This document shows positions 12,572 to 24,816 of a stretch of DNA of 64,000 bases, piece by piece. The stretch lies in assembly GCF_006345805.1 (NCBI RefSeq), contig NC_043000.1:62372001-62436000 (forward strand), read 5' to 3'. Each line of letters starts with the position of its first letter. The first letter of the stretch is position 1. Made by a program: the position numbers and the translations under genes. This DNA is from Octopus sinensis. Its lineage: Eukaryota. The notes beneath the pieces were generated by a model, which did no database searches, had not been told where the DNA came from, and saw only the letters and a program-made list of their open reading frames with translations.

Positions 12572-13353
12572 ATTCAGTAGTTTTATTTTTATAACGTGCT
12601 TTCACTTCACTACCGAGCGCAGCTCTGTGTGCCTTGGGTATGTGCTGTGATTTGTTGTGATGCTCTGATGGTTACTGTATTGAAAGTGTTCTGCGTAGGA
12701 TGTGTGCAGTGCCTAGTAGTGCAATTTTCTGTATGTCATATGTGTTTGTAAGTCCTGGTGTTTTCGTTATGTATTTGTCTGAATAATGTTTTATCATGTT
12801 TGATGCACCTACTATGATAGGAATTGTTTCTGTTTTTAGATTCCACATTCTGGTTACCTCTATTTCTAGGTCTTTGTATTTTGAAAGTTTCTCCATTTCT
12901 TTTAGAGACACGTTGTCATCTGCTGGTATTGATACATCGATTAGAAAGCGTTTTTTTCTTCATGATCTCTGACAACTATATCTGGTCTGTTGGCCTTAAT
13001 TTCTCTATCTGTGTGTATTGGCATATCCCAGAGTATGGTTGCTTTCTCGTTTTCTGTGACCTTTTCTGGTTTGTGCCTATACCATCTTTTTTCTGTTGTT
13101 ATTCCATAATGTTGGCATAGCTTCCAGTGTATGTAGGTCCTAACTCTGTCGTGTCTGTGAATATATTCCTTCTTAGCCAGGACTGGGCAGCCAGAGATAT
13201 GATTTATTGTTTCTTGTCCATCTCCACATATTCTGCAGTTACTTGTTATATTTCTTTTCATTACATGTTTTTGGTAATTTCTGGTGGGGAGGCTTTGGTC
13301 TTGTGCTGCAATTAAAAATCCCTCTCTCTCTCTGCTTTGAGTCCTGAGCTTCT
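12572..13353 (-). mobile_element. R4/Dong-clade RLE non-LTR retrotransposon, 5'-truncated
   Basis: GLKAEREGFLIAAQDQSLPTRNY; CRICGDGQETINHISGC (CCHC-type knuckle); ANRPDIVV..KYKDLEIEV..IPIIVGA (RLE). The 3' UTR runs straight into (AAT)n. Confidence 0.9.
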
Positions 13354-13486
13354 CTAAAATTCCTTCTATTTCTACATATTTTCAGACGCATTCTTTTGAT
13401 GTTAGTGAGGTGTACTGATAGTGATTGCACATATGAACACCTGTATTTCTATCTTGTATGGTAGTCATTTGATGTTAATAAAAAAG

Positions 13487-13542
<56 letters not shown>

Positions 13543-13610
13543 TCACAAGCTATTCCGAGTTTGATAACAACAACATCAACAATAATAATAATAATAATAA
13601 CAACAACAAC

Positions 13611-13680
<70 letters not shown>

Positions 13681-13705
13681 TAATAATAATAATAATAACA
13701 ACAAC
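13487..13705. repeat. (ATT)n followed by (AAC/AAT)n microsatellites in inverted arrangement
   Basis: ATT run 13487-13538, a ~25-bp spacer, then an AAC/AAT run 13563-13705. Confidence 0.97.
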
Positions 13706-13855
13706 AACATCGAAAAATACCTTAGGAATGAGAACCCAGGTTCGAAATTTCCCCAAGACACCTGATGAAGGCTGGAGGGTATATCAGCCGAAGCGTTGTG
13801 TTAAGAAACAAGATGAGGACAAATATCAGTCAAATATAAATAATGTAAATAATGT
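13706..13855 (+). mobile_element. Short hammerhead-bearing repeat (PLE pLTR-like), copy 2
   Basis: aacatcgaaaaataccttaggaatgagaacccagg..; inverted homolog of 12301-12460, directly upstream of a PLE remnant. Confidence 0.7.
13757..13802 (+). ncRNA. Minimal type-I hammerhead ribozyme motif (A15.1>G variant)
   Basis: gACAC CTGATGA a GGCTG gagggtatat CAGCC GAAGC GTT GTGT. The CUGAUGA core is intact but GAAG replaces GAAA. Confidence 0.7.
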
Positions 13856-13859
13856 TAGA

Positions 13860-14640
13860 AAGAATGAACTTATCACAGGGTGGAATTTTGCCTAAACGAT
13901 AAAATTTCAACTGAAAAATTGCGCACAGAACGGCAATAGGATCAATAACTAGCATTTGAAAAATTTATAAGCAATACTTTCGCACAAAACGGATAAGAAC
14001 ATTGAAAAAGCATTCGAAAATTTACAATTTACAGAAAGTGAAAGTGCTGCCAATATCGTCGTTTTAAAGTATTTATGTACAACAATATTGTCACTGCATA
14101 TTCTACAACAATGCCAACCAAAGTAATAAACATTAAAATCAAAGAACATCACTCACAAAATACACTACAACAAAATAATCAATGTATATTACCTCACCAT
14201 TTATAAGTGGAACATGCAGCAACACGGTCAGCCTAGAAATTATTTCCATAAACTTTAAAATATATCATCACCCATAAAATTCACTTAGTATTGTTACATG
14301 AACAAAAGAATATATGTTCAGTACAAGGTCCTTCAAAATCTTGATATGGTTATGTAGGCCAAACTCTAATAGCAATTTCTTACACAAATTTATGCATACA
14401 GCACATAAAACATGAAATGACACACTTTCAATATTGGGAAACAACATACTGCTAACCATTACCAACTTCACTGAGATTTCTACCAAACTAACACCACAAC
14501 TGTATCACCAAACACTATTACTGTAGAAGACTTCCATGTGCACAAGATATCTTAGAATAACTCCAATAATTAGAATAACCTGACCAAGTTCCCCTTGTTC
14601 TCCGCTATGGCAATACTCTGAACCTACGTCCATATAGGAA
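13860..14640 (+). mobile_element. Highly decayed Penelope-like element fragment
   Basis: EKFISNTFAQNG..IEKAF (NGY-type motif), PFISGTC (LPYIxG-like) and YGYVGQT (GIY-YIG), with many stops. Confidence 0.5.
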
Positions 14641-15179
14641 TAGACTAGATAATAGACAATGGACTAAGGACGAACCCAGACGTTCAAAATTCATCGCTAC
14701 AATTCGGACTGTGGTGCATGGATCTGGATCATGGAAACAGGATGCTTCTAAAGCAATAGATTCGTGGGTTGCACGTAGTCATTCGACTGAATTGCCATAA
14801 ACCTCTTCAATTAGGACTGACCAGAGCAACGCGCCAATATCTAATATTTAATCATCAACATACTGTTCATGATAGGGACACCCCAACTGTATCTCAGGTT
14901 TTGTTTGGTTCTAACGTTTACATTGTTACAAAAAGTAAAATTTGCACATGAAATATCTGGTCCAGCAAGAATACCTTTCTTTAAAAGCTTGACAGACAGC
15001 TAACACTTCTATAACTGACAGAATATAATATTACTGTTTCTATGTAATGTGGTATTTCTTTGATAATTCTAAATTCTTGACTAATTTAATCCTTCCTTTA
15101 AATACAAATTTATTATTGTTATATAAGTTTGCATTATGCGAATAGTCTCGTTATTTAAATTTGTATTCAACAGGCTAAT

Positions 15180-15662
15180 TTAGTTTAGGAGTATAACTTC
15201 AACGAACATACCATAGTCTCAGTAAGCAAACCAAAATCCGTATTGGCATTGCGGGCCTGCATGATCGTTGGTCATTACAGGATTTTGACTTTCCTACAGA
15301 AAACTTAAAGAACAGTGTCAGATCAGTCCTGAAAAATAGGTAATGTGCAGTTTGTAGTAAAACTGACACTCCGTCAGTTACGACGACGAGTGTTCCGGTT
15401 GATCCGATCAACAAAACAGTCTGCTCATGAATTAACAAGCAAATGGATGAGTACTCCAGAGAAGCACGTACTGTTAATGTAGTTCTCGGGATGATAAAGT
15501 GTGGCACACGATGTGATAAGGCCGGTCCTTCCAATTACAGGCACGACTCATTTTAGCCAGCTGATTGGACAGCAGCAACGTGAAATAAAGTGTCTTGCTC
15601 AAGGACCCAACGCACCCCCGGGCATTGAAATCACAACCTTACGATCGTGAGCCGAATACCCT
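15180..15662 (-). mobile_element. tRNA-derived SINE with ccttgagcaagacact core
   Basis: Minus strand has a head with gatttcaatgccc B-box-like motif, then gtccttgagcaagacactttatttcacgttgctg. Confidence 0.6.
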
Positions 15663-15964
15663 TAAGAAGAACAGCACATTTTCTTGTAACCAAAGGTTCG
15701 ATTTCAAATCGATGTTACTTTTCAATGCCATGTGTGACAAATATATAATCTTTTGCTATAGCTAGAAATAGTAAAATATCATATCGTTCTTAAAATTTCT
15801 TGCAAGTTGCTAACATTTGTCTATGACAGAAACTATCATTAACATGGGATGTTGTCTCCCAAAACAATCTTGCGGAAAGTATTCAAAGGTTTCATCTGTA
15901 TTATTACTTTTACTTTTACGCATTTCGGCCATTGAACAGTAGCCATGTTGAGGCACAAACTTAT

Positions 15965-16230
15965 TTTTCTAAAAGTCTGATACTCGTTCTGTCAGTCTTC
16001 TTAGCGCAACCACTAAGTTACAGGAACGTAAATAAACTGTTTCAAGTGATTCTGTGTAACGAACACCATATATTCTGGGTATAAATATATATATACCCGA
16101 TGGGCTCCCACGCAGTTTCCGTCCAACAAATTCACCCAAAAGGCATTGGTCAACCCGGGTCATTGTAGAAGACACTTGCCTAAGATACCGTGCAACGGAA
16201 CTGAACTTGAAAGCAAGCTTCGTAACCATA
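15965..16230 (-). mobile_element. SINE family B (decayed)
   Basis: cactaagttacaggaacgtaaa..cccacgcagtttccgtc..gtagaagacacttgcctaag. Confidence 0.65.
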
Positions 16231-16524
16231 GAGTAATGTCGTTCCCTGCATTTTCAAGCAGCAACGTGTAAGGGACTACTGAAGGGATCAAAGTGATTGT
16301 AGCTTTAGTAAATAAATCATGCAATCGGCTGCCTGTACGATAATTAATTATTTCCTAAAATTAGGAAATTGCACGAATTTCACCTGTTTCTAATGGTTTC
16401 TAATGATTAATTTGCTTCAATTTAATTGTAACTAATTGACATCTTTGTGAAGATATGTGCACTTCTATTAAAATAAATAAGATACTAGGCTATTCATTGG
16501 AAAGAATATATAAGATTTTTTAAA

Positions 16525-17760
16525 TACATCAACCGGACACACCAGCAATGATGGTTCTTGGGGTTAATTAAGTGTTTCAGATCTTTCAACAATTAGATAC
16601 CCTCATTCAGGCTGCCTAACCACGGTTGATAAAACCCCTGCTTGTGTTCATTTAACACAACGCTTTGTAGTACTACCCATTCCAGGGATACCACCGTCTG
16701 GTCCAAAGCCGCCTTGAGGCACTCTCCGCTAATTCTATAGTAATATTGATACGCTCATACCTGCTGTGATTCCCAGCATGCTACAAGTTCATCAAAGAAG
16801 CGTACCTGTATTCCCCCTCAATGGGATCACACCTTACTCTCCACCGATTGTTTTGGAATACCCCCCCCCTCAACATATTTCCGTCTCTTATTCACCTCCT
16901 CAATACGATTTTCCCTGAAAGTGGGGAGTTCTAACAAAACGCACCGTCTTGGATGCTTCTGATATTAGCACCACACATGAGCTTAATCTTGATGCGGTAG
17001 TTTCTGGAAAGTTAAGTTACTTCACCACATAAACTTTCAGCTCCCAATATTTTACCGTTGTAAGTAGGCTCGTGGAAGAGAACTTGACAGCTTGTACCTT
17101 TTCCCAGCCAGCCTCGACAGAGGTGACAGATTTTTTTTTTTGCTATGCGGAGGCACTTTCAATGGCTAATGCCACTTCAGATGGTGTCACCTATAACTTT
17201 CAAGGCCTGATCATGCCTCCAGATATAACGTTCCTTTCCCAGGGCTTTTCTACAGATACTGAGGATGTACGCCAGAGTTTTTCTCCTCAAGCACCGGAGC
17301 AGGCAGCTGACTCTAACTCTCCACAACATAAGTTGGATAGGTTTGGTGGAACATCTTAAAATGTCAGGATTAGGAGTTTTTTCAAAGACGTTCTGCTCTC
17401 AGAATGTCAGGCCATAAGACTTTGAGTACCAGCTCTTAGTTGTATCTTAACCAATTTCCTTGGTACTCGTCTGAACACTCATAGTGGCTCGTTCCTTTTT
17501 AATCGATGTTCGAACCTCATTCCGGTTCATTAATCTTTCCTTGCAGCTTATCATTGTGATGTGTTGTGGTACAACCCTAGTTATCTTTTCCACAAGGTAC
17601 AACACCCATGATCGTTCTGTGTCTTAGTCTCGACTCTGCAACCTTCAGACAGCCTTCACTCGTCTCCACTTTCTGTTCTGATCTGAATATCAGCCCGAAA
17701 CATTTTACAGTCACAGGAACTGCGTTGTTGCAACTTTCCCATTGATGTATGTGTGAATCA
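16525..17760 (-). mobile_element. Second, older HERO-clade LINE fragment
   Basis: Minus strand gives ESRLRHRTIMGVV, QGNW, ICRKALGKERYIWRHDQALKVI and EASKTVRFV..RCDPIE. The 3' UTR reads gagggtatct..ttgaaagatctgaaacac..gtgtcc. Many stops. Confidence 0.75.
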
Positions 17761-19139
17761 AAATATACTGTACACTACATGAAACCCATCCTATGAATAT
17801 GTTATGTTCTAATTGACAATATGTTTCTGAATAACAACTAGAAACAATTGAAAAATGATTAATGTTTAATCTACAGAAATCAATTTAAACAGCAATGAAT
17901 TTGAAAATTGTTTTCAGTTGGAAACTAAAAGAACCCATAAAGAGCCTGCTCTAAAACTTTAAGTGAAGAAAACCAGAGATTAAAGGTTATTGACCGGAGC
18001 TTTTGAGAAGACAATATCTTTAACCTTTCTATTTAGAATAAGTGTTAAATCCTCAAATATTTAAAAGCAACAGGCTTTAAAATATTCATATTAAGAATAG
18101 ACCGTTCTAATATTAAGCAGCAATCGTTTCAACATTTAATAAATACGCACCCCTGCATGGAACACAAACCTCATTGTAAATGAATGCATAGAATAATTAT
18201 TCAGTTAATTGTATTCCAGATAATGTTTGTATTGAGAGGCGATGAAGATTCGAAATGAAGAGTAGAAGTAAGTTGTAGCTTTGTTGACCAAGTATTGACT
18301 GCTGATTATAAATTCGAAGTTTGTTGATCGGAGATACGGCAAAATTTAGAAAGAAAACATTTACTTTGGAGTATAGCCAGGCAGAAGAAGCAAAGCAGGA
18401 AATGTTTGGGTCTACAGTTCTTGGATGCATTAGTGCATAGCTTCCTAATTAGAGATAGTACATCTAAGGTACACATCGCATTCATGTAACATGTTGTGTG
18501 GGTTCCTGAAAAATCATTAATCAAGAAACAAACAATTGGCCAAACAATGAAGTTTGACTTACTGTAGCTACTTACCTTTCATAGTATTATCTAAGCAGAC
18601 TTGTCAAGATGTACTCACAGTCCTAAAATAACTCCTGTTGCTGTGCAACCCCAGGCCAACCCTATTAAGCAGACCTATGATCATTAACATTCCAGCCATG
18701 ATCTCCTGTATTCAAAAGCTAAGGCTTTATAGGATTAATAAATTGGAAAAAGCTCTGATCTAATAATCTCGTTCGCTCGTGTCACACTTCAAAGCAAGGA
18801 CTATATAATTTAATGTACCTTTTTCTTTATAAGACGGTAAAATGTGATATGGTGGAGGTTTTGTTATAATTTCTAGCAAGTCCAACGGTCCGCATCCACT
18901 TGCGTACTAACGAAGTAGCTACGTATTGACACAGAACTGTGATTGTTACAATTCTAATATTCCAAGTTAAAATTGTATTTAATTTTTTGGATTTTGTATG
19001 TCAAAACTTCGATTTAATTATTTTAAAACTGAGTGAATCACATGGTTCAACGTATGATGCCTCGATAGAAACATAGAATGCCAGGTAGAATAGTTTGCTG
19101 TACTTTTTTGTTACGTGATTGTGTTGAAGATGCCTTAGA

Positions 19140-19265
19140 AGTTGCTGTTGATATTGCAGCTGTTGTTTGTTTCTGTTGTTCTTGTTGTTGCAACTGCTGT
19201 TGTTTCTACTGTTGTTGTTACTACTGTTGTAGTTGCTGCTTCTGCTGCTGCTGCTGTTTTTGTTG
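19140..19265. repeat. (GTT/GCT)n degenerate trinucleotide tract
   Basis: Visible repeat; it explains the Cys-rich ORF 19078-19266. Confidence 0.9.
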
Positions 19266-20476
19266 ACGCTATTCAGTACAAGGTTATGCTAGATCGAGCA
19301 TATTTATGATCAAAGGCGTTCCAGCTGCAGCCATTCCGTCTTTCAGTGTTTCAGGTACTACAGTGCCCGTTATAACCATCTTTCCGGAAGTGTGCAATTA
19401 AAGGGAGAGGGATGATGGTGGTGATGGTGTATAGTTCAAGTGAACCTTAGTAATGGAGATCTATGATCAAAGGCATTCTATCAGTCTCAGGAAAGTCAAA
19501 CTAAGACAGGGTTCCAAGCTATTTTTTTAGAATGCCCAGAATAATTACTACATACTAGAAATGGTTTATTTTTGATATCGATGTTGATATAAGGTCTTCC
19601 CGATCTACGTTATTTGCAAGATACAGAAAATATTTCTCTTTAAAATGTCACGTACGTCACACCAGCAAAATGAGAATTGTCCAACAAAATCATTAACATA
19701 CTTTTTGGGTTTTTTTCTTTGTTTTTGCCTTTTTTGCTTGTTTTTTCTTTGAATTTCAAAGTCAATGTAAATAAACATCATGAGACATTTTATGCTGTTT
19801 TGTAAAAAAAAATCAGAGGAATTAGCAGTTAATATTTTCATGTCAGAAAACGTTAGTCGTGCATTGTCACATACATTACACTTTTTGACTCCTCTTCAAA
19901 AAGTTCAACAAACATTTCAGGTATTTTTTATTTATTTATTTATTTATTTATTTGTTTAAGGCTTGTCTGAGTAGTTAAACTTAACAGCAGAAAATGAATC
20001 AATACAATTCTTGTTAATGTTGAAGATTTAAGGCTTAGATATTTCATAATTTGTGCCTCTAACTGTCATGTACGTAGTGCAAGAATAGCCCAAACACCAA
20101 TATTTTCTACATTAAGGACTGCGTTTTTCACGATAGCTTAAAGGCGTTAGGGTATGATTTCGGAGATGTTTTGCTCATCTTTTAAACTACCAACCACGAG
20201 GAAGTTTTGTCATCTTTTCGATTTGATTATATGTAGTCCCTGTAATGCTGCATTGAATCGCCCTCCTCGTAATGCACAAAAACAAGGAATTACCTATGAT
20301 AGGGTATCAATGTGCAATTGATCTGTTTCTTTGTTACATCCCTAATGGGAGACTGAGAAAGGTATGGTCGTTACAGCACTCAATATTTTATCTTATCATG
20401 GTCGACTTGGAAAAGAAAACAGTGGAATCAATCACTCTGCGTTTCTTTTTGCAGACGTCATAGGAGACACTATTTT

Positions 20477-20655
20477 TGATGATCATGATGATGATGATGA
20501 TGGCAACGACGAGGACGACTATGATGATGATGATTATTACGACGATGACGACGACGACGACGATGACGGTGATGGCGACGACGACAATGGCGATGATGGC
20601 GACGATGGTAACGAAGGCGACGATTGCGATGATAAGGACAACTTCGACGACGATA
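20477..20655. repeat. (GAT/GAC)n degenerate trinucleotide tract
   Basis: Visible repeat; it explains the Asp-rich ORF 20364-20720. Confidence 0.9.
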
Positions 20656-22652
20656 TCTACCTTCCTAACTTTTCATTCTTAGCTATAGTCTATAATTCTC
20701 CCAGAAGTAGTTACAATTAATGTTGTTGATCATTACATATACGCAAGATATTCAGATGAAACCTATTAAAACTGGATATGAAAATGCTTTCTTCATATCT
20801 TTAACAAAACAACCAGTACCTACGCTATTTCTTTTCAAATAATCTGTTCATCATTTCTTGGATTCCTTCTACAATTTCATTTAATGCTTACACTGATAGT
20901 AATGCTGAATGGTATCAAAAACGTTTATCCCTCTAAGCAAACTAATTTCTCGGAGTTAGTTATGCAATAGACTCACAAACACCATGGTAACATATAGAAT
21001 CTTTATTATTTTTTTCTTGCCTTATCAAGAGAGTGGGAAATTAAAGGATTGGTCGAGCTGTGATGCGAGCGCTCCTTTTCTAGCCCCTTCAGGTGGCCTA
21101 TTCTGCTAACAAGAGAAAGAGAGACGAAAACAGTGAGAATGATGGGAGTGGTAGAGGACTGGTGGTGGCGATATTATGAAGTGATTAACTGGCTATCGTA
21201 ACCCAGGCGTTCAGCTATTAAAATAATACTTACAAAATGATAAAATAATCCAATAGTGACAAAAATGGTAAATTTTACAATTTTTCATATTCTGCTTTAA
21301 GTTATATAATTAGGTAAAATAATTCGTAACATAACAGTTAATGTCTATGGCTACAAGTTTTACATATCAAATATTCTAGAAAAAAATTCTTTGCGTTTTT
21401 TAGTAAATGACATTGCAGATCATTATCATAGCATGTTTCCTTCATTACAACGAAGCTTAGCCTCTGAAAAATGATATTTTCACCAATATAATTGCTATAA
21501 ATTTGGGAGAATTTCAGAGAATTCTCAGAGAGTGTTCATCATTAGATTTCCAAACTATATTAAGACAAGAAAATCAGTATTTTTAATGAAATACAGAGTA
21601 AATATCAATATTCTATAACTCTGCCCATAAAATTTGTTTTCACGCAGTGTCCATGAAATTCAAACTTTCTTTTTAGAAGTGATTGTATAGTGATATATAA
21701 GGTACAATTCTTAATGTAATGTCGTTAAAATGTCATTATGAAATATAGGAATTCATAAAATAGTGGGGAAATTGCTATAGCATACGAAGCCTATTTATTA
21801 TTTGAACTGTTGACACGAACACACGTATTAAAATCAACTGTGTTAAAATCAATTGATATGTGCTCTCCAACTGTTCATTAAAATTAGAAATACTTTGGCT
21901 CTTTTTCAACAGCGTCCCCACTCTAAATGTATTGTTAGTAATTGAAAATACCAGCGTTGTATGTTATGACTATAATACTGCTTTTTAGTAAGAAATTATT
22001 CTCTTACAGAGATCTAATATACTAGAATAGCAACAGTCATGATATATTGAACACAAATAAGTGTAATCATAGATTTTTCCATGTGTAACTCAAGGAATAT
22101 CTGATTAATTATCATATCAGATTTGAAGGACACCGAACTAGATGTATTAAAACATATACTTCGTTTCTTTCTCAATATTTTTTATTGAAAAGGAAAAAAT
22201 GTGTAATAAATATGCTCTCGGCAAACCGGGATACCATATTAATTGTGTACTAGTTGAATCTCTTTCACTTCACTTATGACGCTAACGCCTCCAAAAAGAG
22301 AAACAAGTTCATTTGCCCCTTCTCTAGAAATGGAATTGTGTTCAATCAAAACCATCAACGCTTATGGAAAAGGACAATCTGGGGAGCATATTTAAAATAC
22401 TACTTATTAAAGGTTTCGTTATCAGTCATTGCATTAAGTACGTCGTACTTTAGAAGAAAGAACTTTTCAATTACATTTATAAATTCAGTGAATAAATGTA
22501 CTCTTATAATCGCATGGGTAGTTCTTTAGAAGCAGATCTTCAGATACTACAAATTTGGGAAATAAATAAATGCCTGATAATTTTAATGAATTAAATGATT
22601 TGTAATAGGCATATTATATAAAATAGACTTAATGAAATAAATAGAAAGGAAA

Positions 22653-22885
22653 AGGCGGTGAGCTGGCAGAATCGTTTGCGCGCCGGGTGAAATGCTTAGC
22701 GATATCTCGTCTGCCGCTACGTTCTGAGTTCAAATTCCGCCGAGGTCGACATTGCCTTTCATCCTTTCGGGGTCGATTAAATAAGTACCAGTTACGCACT
22801 GGGGTCGATCAAATCAACTTAATCCGTTTGTCTGTCCTTGTTTGTCCCCTCTGTATGTAGCCCCTTGTGAGTAGTAAAGAAATAA
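22653..22885 (+). mobile_element. SINE family A, full-length with 19-bp TSD
   Basis: GGCGG..CCGCC tRNA-like head with A and B boxes. The direct repeat gaaataaatagaaaggaaa occurs at 22634-22652 and 22886-22904. Confidence 0.9.
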
Positions 22886-24816
22886 GAAATAAATAGAAAG
22901 GAAACTATATTTGTAAACATTTATTTTGATGGCTTCAAAACATATCCATCAATCCAAACCTTTTACGCCCATTCTTTCAAAGTCTTCCATTAACGTCACA
23001 CTGTCAAATTATCATTTTAACATATAAGAAGTTTTAAAGTAAGAAGAAAATTGACAGTATATGAAGCTTAGTTAATCAAATTTTGGGGAATATGGATTAT
23101 AAATTATATTTTTGGATTATATCCATTAATGTCATTTTTATTTAAAATCGAAATTCATTCACCCGTAAGTCAATTACTAATGTGTTAAACTATGTCAATG
23201 GTTCCAGATATTTCGCGTGGTTTACTGTTCTTCTGTCTGGACGACAGAATCGGCACACAATTTTATTTTTTATCTCATATTAGCTTGAGTTATTGCTAGT
23301 GTAATAAACTGATTTCTTTAAACCCATCATTTTTTTACAGATGCAGGAAATAATCGATTGCATCAACATTAAACTATTCTTACCTACTTCACTGACCGTA
23401 ACCAGATGAAAGATCATGTTAGATCCAGCAGGATTTGTGGTAGAAATGAAAAAGGACAAAAAGAATTATTGTGATGAATTTAGTTCGGCACTCTGTCTTT
23501 TGATCAATTATAATAGATTAAATGATACATATAAATTCTCGATGGCTCAGTCTCTAAAAACCGCTGATTCTAGTGTCTTCGGTGGTAATAACAGTTGTAT
23601 AATTGTAAACATGAATTAAGCTTTTAATAAACAATATTTAAGATCAGAGCAACAATTAGCAAAGCACTCAAGACACTTGTATTCAGATTTACAAGGATTG
23701 GTGTGATAGGTACATGCTCAGTCGAAACCAGCTTCACTGATGAGTCAAATTCACCAAAGAAGACCACGAAAATCCCATATTCACAATCCTCATTCGTCAA
23801 ATGTATTGATTTGTGCTTAAATAAAAATTCAGAGTTATATGTATGTAACAAAACCTGTGACGGAAGAGAACCCTGTAAATTCAAGTTCATTAGCGATATT
23901 TGACTCCTGATTGAAGCCAATTCACAGTTTCACTCAGCTCTCCTAAAAATACGTGAATAGAAAGCAAGTTTTCCTGTTGATTGAACTGGAAATAGTTTCC
24001 ATTTTGGGTTGTAGATTTTTTCTCCTAATTCAGCCTTTGGTATATTTGAGAAGTGAATGGTCAATTGCATCAGGCCAATGTATCACCAGCATTTATTTTA
24101 TCGGCACTGAAGGGATAAAAAGAAAAGGTGACCCACTTGAAAATCAATTGAAAACAGAATATGATGATATTAAATATCTAGTTCAGAGTCTAAATATCTA
24201 AGTTAAATCCATTTCTCTTTGAAGTATAAATATCAACAGATAATTTGATTTAGTATAGATATATCGAATAAAAGATGACAGTGATGATGGATGTTTACTA
24301 AGATTATTCTTACATAGTCCAAAATTAATTCCTTCCATGTAGTTTATACGTTAATGGAATATTCCCCTACGTAAAGGTATCTAACACAGAGGATTTCATA
24401 TTACTATCTTCCTCATATTTCGTAAATATTCTTCTCTCTTTTAATCACTTGTAAGTGCAAAAAATGCTAATACCAAAGAGTTTAAGTAATTTGCATAGTT
24501 ATAACAAAAGGTGAGCTAAGAGAAATAACTCTTGGTTCCCAACTACAAACGCGAATAAAGGTACTTGAAATATCCGACAAGATAATTTTCAATTTATTGA
24601 CATCCACTGGACAAAAATATTTTGTACTCATTTTAAATGTGCCTGCGTCATTCATCTGCTAGAGTAAGATTACGATAATTACTTTTCTAATGACAATTAT
24701 CAAGATAGAAACACGTGTCTAAGGTTGTCCTTTTGTATCCAGCAAATCAGACTTTCCGTTAAAGGAATCTCTCTTACGAAGAAATTCTTGATTGTTGAGA
24801 GTATTTATCTATTTTT

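Noticed and set aside
14198-14232. Minus-strand 35-nt exon (LTVLLHVPLING) with AG/GT borders
   Set aside because: The same bases encode the PLE-type PFISGTC motif on the plus strand within a PLE remnant, so the splice signals are probably incidental.
20364-20720. Asp-rich ORF preceded by a good acceptor (tttctttttgcAG at 20455), suggesting an acidic protein exon
   Set aside because: The Asp run is a degenerate GAT/GAC microsatellite common in such genomes. I found no convincing in-frame upstream exon or donor.
22653-22745. tRNA gene-like heads (also at 27600-27685, 46380-46445 and 55402-55490)
   Set aside because: They have A and B boxes but no complete cloverleaf, and they continue into SINE bodies with TSDs. 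These are SINEs, not tRNA genes.
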